64,000 nt of DNA, from the NCBI GenBank assembly GCA_031260975.1, contig JAISKJ010000003.1:65480-129479 (forward strand), in the 5' to 3' direction. Every line of letters starts with the position of its first letter. Position 1 is the first letter of the stretch. Below are positions 39,614 through 48,052 of the stretch, piece by piece. The notes under the pieces are model-generated. The model was not told the origin of the DNA and ran no database searches. It worked only from the letters and a program-made list of their open reading frames with translations. The translations under genes and the position numbers were made by a program. Origin of the DNA: Christensenellaceae bacterium (GTDB lineage: Bacteria; Bacillota; Clostridia; Christensenellales; UBA1242).

Positions 39614-40531
39614 TTAAACGGCATGAGACTGTGAAACAAACTCATACGCCGCTTGAAAACTGAAAGAGATTTTTAAGCCTCTTACACAAAATGTGCCGCA
39701 CATCTCGGCGCTGAGGCTTTCGGTTATGGCGTCTTTCATTTTGCCTCCTTCAGCCGGAGCCGGCAGGATGTGACCTTTGGTACTATTTTTAATATCAAAC
39801 TCAATATAGTTTTTTCCTTTTTTGAGTTTTGCCTTAAAGTGTTGCTCACTTTCTTTTGTAATGCTAAGTTTTGCTAAGGTATAGAGCGAAAAATTATACT
39901 GTTTTCCTTTATGAAGAATAATACACAAAAATCCGCGCATCCCCAAAGTAAGCGGATGGGCGTAGGCAAACATTATGCTGAGCTCATTATTCATTCCGTG
40001 CGCCCACACATAGTTTTTGGGAAAGTTGCTTCCAAAATCCTTTTCTATGTATCCTAAAGAATTTACTTTGGTTTTCTGGTTATTTAATGCAATCGTTCCG
40101 CTAACATTGTGTTTTAGTGAAATTACAGCATGGTTGCAACGCATTTTAAGGTATCCGAACGGACCCATCACAGAAGGTGAGTAAATGCTTTTTTTAAATA
40201 AGCTGTGATTTGAAAGCTTTAGATGGGTGCAGAGAGTTATGCCCGCATCTTGTAAGTCTACTGTAATTTGGTTGAGACTGAATATATTTTTTGCTATGGT
40301 GATGGTCATATTTTGCTTGTCAAATTTAAATTCACTTAAATCAAATCTGAAATAATGACTGAACGCCCGGCTTATAAACATTATGAAGCTGTGCGGGTCC
40401 GCCATGTTTTTGCTCACTCCGGCAATAAAAGAAAAAGGATGGTCTCTCGCAGTGCGAAAATACCACCCTTCAAAATAGTCGGTTTTGTTTTTGCCCAAAT
40501 AGTTTTGTGTGTTAAAAGCTTTTTTAAACAT
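39614..40531 (-). CDS. tocopherol-cyclase-family-like protein
   Basis: The N-terminal DYFEGWYFR matches the remembered FFEGWYFR hallmark of tocopherol cyclase (VTE1/PF14249). The start overlaps the upstream stop by 8 nt. Confidence 0.5.
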   Translation of the reverse strand: MFKKAFNTQNYLGKNKTDYFEGWYFRTARDHPFSFIAGVSKNMADPHSFIMFISRAFSHYFRFDLSEFKFDKQNMTITIAKNIFSLNQITVDLQDAGITLCTHLKLSNHSLFKKSIYSPSVMGPFGYLKMRCNHAVISLKHNVSGTIALNNQKTKVNSLGYIEKDFGSNFPKNYVWAHGMNNELSIMFAYAHPLTLGMRGFLCIILHKGKQYNFSLYTLAKLSITKESEQHFKAKLKKGKNYIEFDIKNSTKGHILPAPAEGGKMKDAITESLSAEMCGTFCVRGLKISFSFQAAYEFVSQSHAV

Positions 40532-42017
40532 TGTCTTTTTTCTCCAGATTTATTAAAGCCGGCCCGTTTAGCAGCCGCCCATCATAATCAAACCTCGAAC
40601 CGTGGCATTTGCAGTCCCATGAAAGCTCGTCTTTGTTCCATGTAAGTGCGCAGCCCATATGTGGGCACGCTGCTAAAACACAGTGCAGCCTTCCGTCATC
40701 ATCTCTGTATGCTCCCACGCGATGGCCCTTGACTTTTACTATCGCTCCTTGACCGGGTCCTATGTTTTCAAACTTCTTCCGGTCGGTGTTAAAAACCAAT
40801 TGCGCAAACCCTGAAATGACATCACTCAGATTTTGCGCGGCTTTAATGGGTGCCATAAGCATGCTTGCCCTCTGCGGGCTGAAAATGCTGTCTGATATTT
40901 TACCATCTATCAGGTCTGATATAATCTGTGCCGCTGCAAAAGAGTTGGTAAATCCCCACTTATTAAAGCCCGTTATCACATATACATTATCCCATGATAC
41001 GCTGTATTTGCCTACAAACGGCATCAGGTCAAAGGTCATTACATCTTGAGCGGCAAAACGGGTCATTATGTGATGGGGCATAACTTTGAGGTGCTCTGAC
41101 AAAAACTTTTCCATCTTTTTAAATCTGCTTTCATATTTTCCGGTTCCTGTACGCCCGGCTCCGCCTCCGCACAAAATCCCGTCTTTAACAGGGCGGAATT
41201 CATACCATTCGTCATCAGTGCCTTCATATATGTTATTTAATTTTATTCCGTTATTAAAGGCAATATTACAATTTCGGTGCTGGTATAGCTTTAAAAAATA
41301 AAATCCCGGCATAATGTTTATATATGGGTAGTGACTTGCAATTATCAAATGCTTAAAACCGATTGAACAGCTGTTTACTTCCACATGGTTTTCTTTGGGT
41401 TCAGACTTTACGTGGGAGTTTTCATAAATTTTTCCGCCAAGCTTTTCAAAAGCCTTAGAGAGCCCTGCAATAAACTTGGCTGGGTTCAGATGTGCCTGAT
41501 TTCCGATGGCAAGCTGTTCAATTATGTTAAGAGGCAGCTCGGGTTCAAGTGAGGAAACAAAGGGCTCATTCAGTTGTTTGAAGGCTTCTTTTTCCTGCCG
41601 TATTTGTTTAGCTCCCTTTTCGGTGGCGGCAAACATAGTATAATTGGCCCGGGTATATTCGCAGTCGATTTTGTTTTTCATTATGATTTGCTCAAGCTTT
41701 TGAGCTCCAAGCTTTTGCAGGCGCAAAAACTCGGCAGCGGTTTGGGTCCCGTGCTTTTTTATAAGCCTGAAGTAAATCGGGTCATGAGCAAAGGTGATAA
41801 TGGCGCTTGAGCGGCTGGTTTCACCCGAGCCCACCCGCGCCGCTTCAAGTATACAAACCTTGTGCCCGCGCGACTGCAGCTCATATCCGCACGCAAGCCC
41901 TGCAAGGCCGCCGCCCACAATCACAATGTCATAATCTGCACTTGCCGAAACCGCAGGCCGCTCAGGCATCTGCGGCAATTTAAAATAATTGTTTTCCATA
42001 TTTTTAATTATTAACAT
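40524..42017 (-). CDS. FAD-dependent oxidoreductase with C-terminal Rieske [2Fe-2S] domain (YhfW-like)
   Basis: DYDIVIVGGGLAGLACGYEL (GxGxxG) and Rieske CPHMGC...CKCHGSRF. Confidence 0.85.
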   Translation of the reverse strand: MLIIKNMENNYFKLPQMPERPAVSASADYDIVIVGGGLAGLACGYELQSRGHKVCILEAARVGSGETSRSSAIITFAHDPIYFRLIKKHGTQTAAEFLRLQKLGAQKLEQIIMKNKIDCEYTRANYTMFAATEKGAKQIRQEKEAFKQLNEPFVSSLEPELPLNIIEQLAIGNQAHLNPAKFIAGLSKAFEKLGGKIYENSHVKSEPKENHVEVNSCSIGFKHLIIASHYPYINIMPGFYFLKLYQHRNCNIAFNNGIKLNNIYEGTDDEWYEFRPVKDGILCGGGAGRTGTGKYESRFKKMEKFLSEHLKVMPHHIMTRFAAQDVMTFDLMPFVGKYSVSWDNVYVITGFNKWGFTNSFAAAQIISDLIDGKISDSIFSPQRASMLMAPIKAAQNLSDVISGFAQLVFNTDRKKFENIGPGQGAIVKVKGHRVGAYRDDDGRLHCVLAACPHMGCALTWNKDELSWDCKCHGSRFDYDGRLLNGPALINLEKKDNV

Positions 42018-42085
42018 ATTTCTGGTGTATAAACAAAAATCGTTAGGTAGGCTAACGACTTTTGTTTGCTTAAACTAATTTAAGA

Positions 42086-42153
42086 CTTAAAGTAAATGTT
42101 TTGTGGGGGTAGCCTGTTTTGTACAAATTGAAAGAGGCTTGAAGTAAATGTTT
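42086..42153 (+). repeat. 16-nt direct repeat pair flanking the cassette promoter
   Basis: cttaaagtaaatgttt (42086-42101) and cttgaagtaaatgttt (42138-42153), 15/16 identical, starts 52 nt apart. Confidence 0.8.
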
Positions 42154-42157
42154 AAAC

Positions 42158-42186
42158 TTGCTAAAATCTACTTATTATGCTAAAAT
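42158..42186 (+). promoter_or_regulatory. sigma-A promoter of the three-gene cassette
   Basis: TTGCTA (42158-42163), 17-nt spacer, TGc-TAAAAT (42181-42186). Confidence 0.55.
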
Positions 42187-42218
42187 AAAAACGTAAGAGC
42201 AATAACGGAGGTAACACT

Positions 42219-42722
42219 ATGACCCCAAACCAGATAAGAGACTTTAATGATAAGTGCGAAGATTTCTGCGACAAGCATAACTTCGACTATAATTTGTTTG
42301 TTGCAAGAATACTCAAAGAAAATGTAAATGCCTATGGGAAATTTGTGTCCACTCCAATTGAAACATTTGATGCAGGTGCTATATTGGGCGAAGATCGAGT
42401 TAATGAGATAAGAGAAGCTTATGAAGAAGATCTTAAAAATTTTAAGGTAAGAGTGGAGTTAATAAGTAATTGGTTGGGAATGGAAGAGTTGTATGTCGGC
42501 CTCTTCTGGCACATGTATACACCTGAAGGAATAGATAAAATATTTGAAAAAGATTCTGACCATTATAAGCAAGTCCAATCAGACTTTAAAGAAAAAGAAA
42601 CCAAACTAGATACGGATAGTATAAAGGCAGAAAAAGAAAATATTGCTGTTGAATTAATAGGACTTACCAAGTATGAAATACCTGCCCTTAAGGAAGAGTT
42701 GCAAGAAAAAACCTTTAGATAG
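42219..42722 (+). CDS. acidic helical hypothetical protein (cassette gene 1)
   Basis: SD GGAGGT is present. 167 aa, Glu/Asp/Lys-rich, with no motif I recognise. The next gene follows 8 nt downstream. Confidence 0.6.
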   Translation: MTPNQIRDFNDKCEDFCDKHNFDYNLFVARILKENVNAYGKFVSTPIETFDAGAILGEDRVNEIREAYEEDLKNFKVRVELISNWLGMEELYVGLFWHMYTPEGIDKIFEKDSDHYKQVQSDFKEKETKLDTDSIKAEKENIAVELIGLTKYEIPALKEELQEKTFR

Positions 42723-42730
42723 GAGTACAT

Positions 42731-44113
42731 ATGGTAGATTGGAAGAAAGTAGAACCAAGCACGAAAGAAAGCTTTTCTTTGGAAGAGCAGAAAGCCTTGT
42801 TGTCTCTTATTTCTCTGCCCGATAAATATGTGCTGCTGAACCTAATAAAAAAGTATTCCGGAGAGAAAACCTCTCTGCCGATTGTTAACGAAGAAAGCAT
42901 TAAAGATACAAGAACAAGAGTTAATTCAATGAAGAAGAATGACAATTTCCCGACCGAGGATGAAATTAACAATTGGAAAAAGGAAGAAATTAATAAAATT
43001 ATACAAAAGCAGCTGAATGACCCTAATGTTTCCAGACGTTCAAGGCTTACATTAGTTATTGGTTCGGCCGGTGCCGGAAAATCAACTACGAGTGAGCATA
43101 TTTCAAAAGACAAGCGTGCGTTCCATGCAGATGCCGACCACATTAAAAAGCGTATAGCTGAGGATTTTGATTGTGACATTAATCATGATAACATGCATAA
43201 CATAAGTACAGACATAATTAAGGAAGTGATTGCCGCAGCCGCGCCACATAAATTGGATGTTGTATTAGAGAAAATCGGAGAGAAACCGCACAAAATCTAT
43301 AAACAGATTATGGAACTTGAAGCCCTGAAGTATTCTATTGGATTAAACTTGGTTCATGTTTGTGAAGAAATTGCAAGAACAAGAAACAATGACAGAGCAA
43401 ATGAGTTGATGGCTAAAAATGAACCGCCTAGGTTTGTTGAGGATGAATTGCTGAAAGAATTCGGTGAAGGGCCTTTCTTCTCGTATCTTTTTTTGGCAGT
43501 CAGATGCCCGGAAAAATTCTCATATTGCAAAGCATTTAGCAATGAAGGACCGTTGCGTGAACTGCCTATACCGCTTCATACATTATCCGTCAAAGACGGA
43601 AAGATATTGGGACCAGCAAATGACCCATGTGCAAAGAAAGTTGATGAACAAATATCATCCATATGTTTAAAAAGCACCGTTCGGGCACTTAAGTCGCTAA
43701 ATGAAGAGCGGGAAGATGCAAGTATAAAATATTTAACAAGTAAGATGGAAGTATTATGTTCAGACGATGAAAAGGCAAAAAAAGAAGTAAAAGATTCTAT
43801 TGAAAGAATTCGTGTGAAAAAAGATTGTGGTGTGGAGTGTATGCCTGAGGAAGCAAAACTGCTTGACTTATATGACAATGTGCAGACAAATAAGCACGGA
43901 GCGTTAATGCGGATTTATGACCCGCAGAATATTGACGACAGAGAATTGTTAGAGAAAAATGAAGATGGAGGTTTGGCAATAACCTTTGTCTTTGAAAGTG
44001 TTGTAGGCAAGCCCCACAACACAGATAGATATAACGAGCCGTATGAATTGGTAAATGCAACAAAAGACAAAGTTGGCACCATACTAGGCTTAAGTAAAGA
44101 GGTTTCACAATGA
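42731..44113 (+). CDS. zeta-toxin-like P-loop kinase with unassigned N- and C-terminal domains (cassette gene 2)
   Basis: Walker A LVIGSAGAGKST, then FHADADHIKKRI, LDVVLEKIG and IGLNLVHVCEEIARTRNNDR, in the order seen in zeta/AAA_33 kinases. About 100 aa N-terminal and about 190 aa C-terminal are unassigned. Confidence 0.6.
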   Translation: MVDWKKVEPSTKESFSLEEQKALLSLISLPDKYVLLNLIKKYSGEKTSLPIVNEESIKDTRTRVNSMKKNDNFPTEDEINNWKKEEINKIIQKQLNDPNVSRRSRLTLVIGSAGAGKSTTSEHISKDKRAFHADADHIKKRIAEDFDCDINHDNMHNISTDIIKEVIAAAAPHKLDVVLEKIGEKPHKIYKQIMELEALKYSIGLNLVHVCEEIARTRNNDRANELMAKNEPPRFVEDELLKEFGEGPFFSYLFLAVRCPEKFSYCKAFSNEGPLRELPIPLHTLSVKDGKILGPANDPCAKKVDEQISSICLKSTVRALKSLNEEREDASIKYLTSKMEVLCSDDEKAKKEVKDSIERIRVKKDCGVECMPEEAKLLDLYDNVQTNKHGALMRIYDPQNIDDRELLEKNEDGGLAITFVFESVVGKPHNTDRYNEPYELVNATKDKVGTILGLSKEVSQ

Positions 44114-44955
44114 TAGATTTACATATTCATTCCAGCCATTCTGATGGTGATTATGAGGTTAATGAATTAATATCGAAAATTCATTCGGCGGGAATTACCG
44201 TCTTTTCTATAACTGACCATGATGAATTTCGGGCTTGTGTTGAAATATTAAACAATAATCTTGTTCCTCAAGGGATGAAATTTGTAACAGGGATAGAATT
44301 TTCTACAATTCATAATAATAAAAAAATGCATATTCTGGGCTACGGATTTGATATTAAAAACAAACAATTTGTGCAAAGAGTTGCAAGGCTTCGAGAGATG
44401 CGTAAGGAAAGGGTATCTAAACTGCTTGTTTTCTTAAAGCAGGAATTCGGGATTGTAATTGAAGACAAGGAAATAAATAACATATTGAAAGTAAGACCTT
44501 GTATCGGCAAGCCGCATATTGCTCATATACTAATACAAAAAGGTTTGGTGAGTTCAGTTAAAGAGGCATTTGATAAATATTTAAAAAAATTTTCGATGTC
44601 TGAAATGAAAATAAAAGCAGTTGAGGCTATACAAATAATCAAACAAGCCAAGGGCTTTGCTTTTGTTGCTCATCCAAAAGAAATAATGTATGACTATAAT
44701 TTAACCTATAGCCAAATAGATTCTATAATAAGAGAGCTCGCGGCCAAGGGGCTGGATGGTATTGAGGCTTATTATAATACACATACCGAAAAAGACATTA
44801 AGGAATTTCTGCAAATTGCCGATAAATATAATCTTCTGGTTTCTTGCGGAAGTGATTTTCATGGCGAAAAAACTAAACCGAACATAAAGCTGAGTTCGGT
44901 TGGAAAAGAGGGTTTGACAGAAAAAGAAGTAACTCTTATTAATAAATTGAAGTAA
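44110..44955 (+). CDS. PHP-domain phosphoesterase (TrpH/YciV-like; cassette gene 3)
   Basis: MIDLHIHSSHSDGD...SITDHDEF...AHP...GSDFHG. ATGA start/stop overlap with gene 2. Confidence 0.85.
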   Translation: MIDLHIHSSHSDGDYEVNELISKIHSAGITVFSITDHDEFRACVEILNNNLVPQGMKFVTGIEFSTIHNNKKMHILGYGFDIKNKQFVQRVARLREMRKERVSKLLVFLKQEFGIVIEDKEINNILKVRPCIGKPHIAHILIQKGLVSSVKEAFDKYLKKFSMSEMKIKAVEAIQIIKQAKGFAFVAHPKEIMYDYNLTYSQIDSIIRELAAKGLDGIEAYYNTHTEKDIKEFLQIADKYNLLVSCGSDFHGEKTKPNIKLSSVGKEGLTEKEVTLINKLK

Positions 44956-45021
44956 TGCAGGGTTTACTAGATGTTTTTATATACTCAATAAAGAAGTGCC
45001 TTGAGCTATTTCTATTCATCC

Positions 45022-45147
45022 CTACATCAGCGAAATAATTAATTTGCTCTTCTGAAAGTTTCTTTCTTTTTCTTCTAGATAACCAGAATAATTTGTGCTG
45101 TAAATTATTGCTTCTCCGTTGTCAATTTCCAGAATTTTATTACTCAT
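45022..45147 (-). pseudogene. remnant of an ABC-F-type ATPase gene
   Basis: The hand-translated 41-codon ORF MSNKILEIDNGEAIIYSTNYSGYLEEKERNFQKSK... resembles the '...L..G.l..Y.GNYS.YLE.K' inter-domain linker region of ABC-F proteins. There is no full-length frame around it. Confidence 0.45.
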
Positions 45148-45317
45148 TCTGTCTAAAAAATATAAGACTTTATAGCAAAGTAGCTAAAAGTTTGATGCTG
45201 GAATTCTAAAAGGAACCTCACAAATGAAAGATTTTGATTATCGAGAGCTTCGACATGAGGGAGCTATTAGGTTTGACAAAGTAAATACGACAAGAGAGGG
45301 AATAAACATAAAACATA

Positions 45318-45349
45318 AAGTCACTTGTAATGTCAAGTGACTTTTTATA
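45318..45349 (+). terminator. strong intrinsic terminator
   Basis: AAGTCACTTG-TAATGT-CAAGTGACTTTTT. Confidence 0.8.
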
Positions 45350-45424
45350 TTTTTATCACAATATATTTTGGTTTTTGGAATATATAATCAATAACACGCG
45401 TTTTTGAAACGCAATGAAATTTTC

Positions 45425-45850
45425 TTACGTTATAAAATATTTTGAAAGCACAGTCTTTGATTGGTTTGCGGCACTAAGACCATGTGCCGAAATACGATAG
45501 CTTTTTGATTTGCCGTGTTCAATGCATTGCCATATAATATCAAAAGTTTCTTCTTTATTTTGTGATTTTGTATAATATTTAACAACAACCTTATAACCTT
45601 CTGTTATTTTTGCGCCTGCCGCAAGTGCCCCCGATTTTCTCATAGTAAGTGCATCAAGCTCATTATAAAATTCCTGTAAAATTACTTGGTCGGTAATCAC
45701 AATCTCATCATGAGATATACTTATTATTTTCGCCTGGTCAACACCGGAAAAAACACTTGTCCAAACAATGGGTGCTTCACCGCAAGCGGAAAAAAAGACT
45801 GCAGTAAACATAAATGCTAAACTCAACACACCCATTAAGATTTTTTTCAT
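45425..45850 (-). CDS. lipoprotein, unknown function
   Basis: Signal peptide with lipobox: MKKILMGVLSLAFMFTAVFFSAC|GE. SD GGGAGAG is present. Confidence 0.7.
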   Translation of the reverse strand: MKKILMGVLSLAFMFTAVFFSACGEAPIVWTSVFSGVDQAKIISISHDEIVITDQVILQEFYNELDALTMRKSGALAAGAKITEGYKVVVKYYTKSQNKEETFDIIWQCIEHGKSKSYRISAHGLSAANQSKTVLSKYFIT

Positions 45851-45951
45851 TTTTTTCTCTCCCTTAACTTAATAAATTAATATTTGTAATATCAACTAAT
45901 TTTAGTATGTTTCTTGATTTTGCTAAGACGCGTCTTATGTGTGTGTTGTTG

Positions 45952-46028
<77 letters not shown>

Positions 46029-46329
46029 ATAAACAGTATTTGATTTTATTATTCTATCACACGCGGGGGCTTGTGTCTAGTATTTATTTGAAAACCTCTG
46101 AAAAATTGATATAAAATTGAGTTTTTGTTTGTATTTTATGCCTCAAAGGTTGCATTTTGGAAAATATTATAGTATACTGAATGCGTGATAGGTTTTGTTT
46201 GGGCAAAAATGTAAATATTTATATACAAAATCATATTTTGTGGGCAAGGGCGAATTTATATTAGAGAATGGGGGAGTATAAATACCTCAGCTGACCAAAC
46301 AAATTTTATAAACATAAGGAGGGATTTTT

Positions 46330-47382
46330 ATGGCAAAACAGGGAGGTTCGTGCTTAGGCACATTACTAAAAATACTTTTGGGGATTGTTATAACCGTTGT
46401 AATTTTGGTGGTTATAGCATATCTTGTTTTGAGGTTTGCATTTGGTATAGATGTTATTGATATCTATAAAAAAGTGAACGCTTTAAGAAATTATGATGAA
46501 AGCAAGATAGTTGACAGTCCTTATACCAGTCAGGATTTGAGAAGCACTGCGGACAAATTGGATGCCGCGGGGCTGGGATTTTTGTATACTGAGGACGCAG
46601 AAGGCAATATCAGCATAGACATAAATGCACAGTATTTTGATGAACTTGAAGATGAATCACAATGGCAGGGGCTTTTTGGAAATGACCTTAAGCTTAGTGG
46701 GCCCGAGCTTGCTGCAGTTGTAAACAATATTATGAGAGGCATGAGTGAGTTTACTGATTTTGAAATTATGGGGCTTAATGTCAACGACCTTAACTTTCAG
46801 CTAAAGCAAGTTAAGTTCAGCGACCTTGTGACGGATGAGGTTACAGGTTATGTTACAGTTAACTTTAATATAGTGGCCAGCGTAGATATTGCGCCGATAA
46901 AAGAATTGATAGAAGAACACGGGTTTGGATTTGCCAACAGATGGCTACCCGACAAGTTGTATATCAGCTCTACCAACACCATAACTCAGATTGGTGATTG
47001 TGACTATACCGTTGAACACGCAGGAGTGGGTCTTAACAATCTTGACGCAAAGGGTACTCAGGAATTGTTTGACCTTATTGGCAGGTATGCAGATATCGGT
47101 AATCTTGCTGACCTTAATCAGCCAATCGGTGAATTGTTTGCAAATATTCTTATCGGAAATACCGAAAACCCAGCCGGATTTGTATATCTTCTGACCCAGC
47201 CGCAAAGTGATGACCCCATGTATGCAAACGCCAGCAGGCTGGCAGACGGGTTCACCTTTGAAGAGATTGACGGTGTTGTGAACTTTGTAATTAAGCGCAA
47301 TCCTGAGGTCGGTCAGATAGGAGTTCTTATCTCTCCGGGACCGCTGTTTGCCGTAGCGCCTTTGAATTTGCTTGCTGCCTGA
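46330..47382 (+). CDS. membrane-anchored hypothetical protein
   Basis: SD AAGGAGGG, N-terminal TM helix (LLKILLGIVITVVILVVIAYLVL), and an acidic extracytoplasmic domain with no recognised motif. Confidence 0.55.
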   Translation: MAKQGGSCLGTLLKILLGIVITVVILVVIAYLVLRFAFGIDVIDIYKKVNALRNYDESKIVDSPYTSQDLRSTADKLDAAGLGFLYTEDAEGNISIDINAQYFDELEDESQWQGLFGNDLKLSGPELAAVVNNIMRGMSEFTDFEIMGLNVNDLNFQLKQVKFSDLVTDEVTGYVTVNFNIVASVDIAPIKELIEEHGFGFANRWLPDKLYISSTNTITQIGDCDYTVEHAGVGLNNLDAKGTQELFDLIGRYADIGNLADLNQPIGELFANILIGNTENPAGFVYLLTQPQSDDPMYANASRLADGFTFEEIDGVVNFVIKRNPEVGQIGVLISPGPLFAVAPLNLLAA

Positions 47383-47392
47383 GTGAGGACTT

Positions 47393-47791
47393 ATGAAAGA
47401 CTGTATTTTTTGTAAAATTGTGGCGGGGGAGATTCCGTGTTACAAGATTTATGAAGACGACAATGTGCTTGCGTTTTTGGATATTGCGCTCGACTGTTTG
47501 GGGCACACGCTGGTTATACCCAAAAAACATTTTGTAAATGTAACTGATTGTGACCATAATATTCTGGCGCGTGTGTTTGAAGCCACTAAAAAAATATCAA
47601 AACACTATATAGATAATTGCGGCTTCAGCGGTGTCAATGTTGTGACCAATGTAGGCACCCAGCAGATAGTAGGGCATTTGCATGTGCATATATTCCCACG
47701 AAAGCCCGATGAAAATTTGCTTATTCTCTTTAAGAATGGTTCGGTAAAGCAGTCCCTTGAAGAGCAGCATAAAGAACTTAAAATGTTTTGA
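47393..47791 (+). CDS. HIT-family (histidine triad) protein
   Basis: MKDCIFCKIVAGEIP... and HLHVHIFPR. Confidence 0.9.
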   Translation: MKDCIFCKIVAGEIPCYKIYEDDNVLAFLDIALDCLGHTLVIPKKHFVNVTDCDHNILARVFEATKKISKHYIDNCGFSGVNVVTNVGTQQIVGHLHVHIFPRKPDENLLILFKNGSVKQSLEEQHKELKMF

Positions 47792-47821
47792 GTTTTTGGC
47801 AAAAATCTTTTTTAAAAAACA

Positions 47822-47860
47822 TAAATCCGCAAAATGCGCTTTTGCGGATTTTTTTTATTT
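47822..47860 (+). terminator. intrinsic terminator
   Basis: AATCCGCAAAA-TGCGC-TTTTGCGGATTTTTTTT. Confidence 0.85.
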
Positions 47861-48052
47861 TTATATAATTAAATTTAAGCGGTTAGGGGCTTTGAATATA
47901 TATCTCTTCACTTAGGCTTAAAACTTCGTAGCAGCGAAACTTTCGGAAATAAATATACACAGCCCTTGTAAGGGAAGAGGAAAGAGGTGAGTAGTGTTTG
48001 CCTGTTGATATAGATGGAATTGGAAAAACAGTATAAGAGATGAGGTGAAGTT

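Noticed and set aside
42018-45951. A direct repeat of the tRNA-Arg 3' end (att site) that would delimit an integrated island containing the cassette.
   Set aside because: I looked by eye for copies of tggtgcaccctaacgg... in 42018-42218 and 44956-45424 and found none. No integrase is present either. The island idea rests only on composition, the debris and the tRNA proximity.
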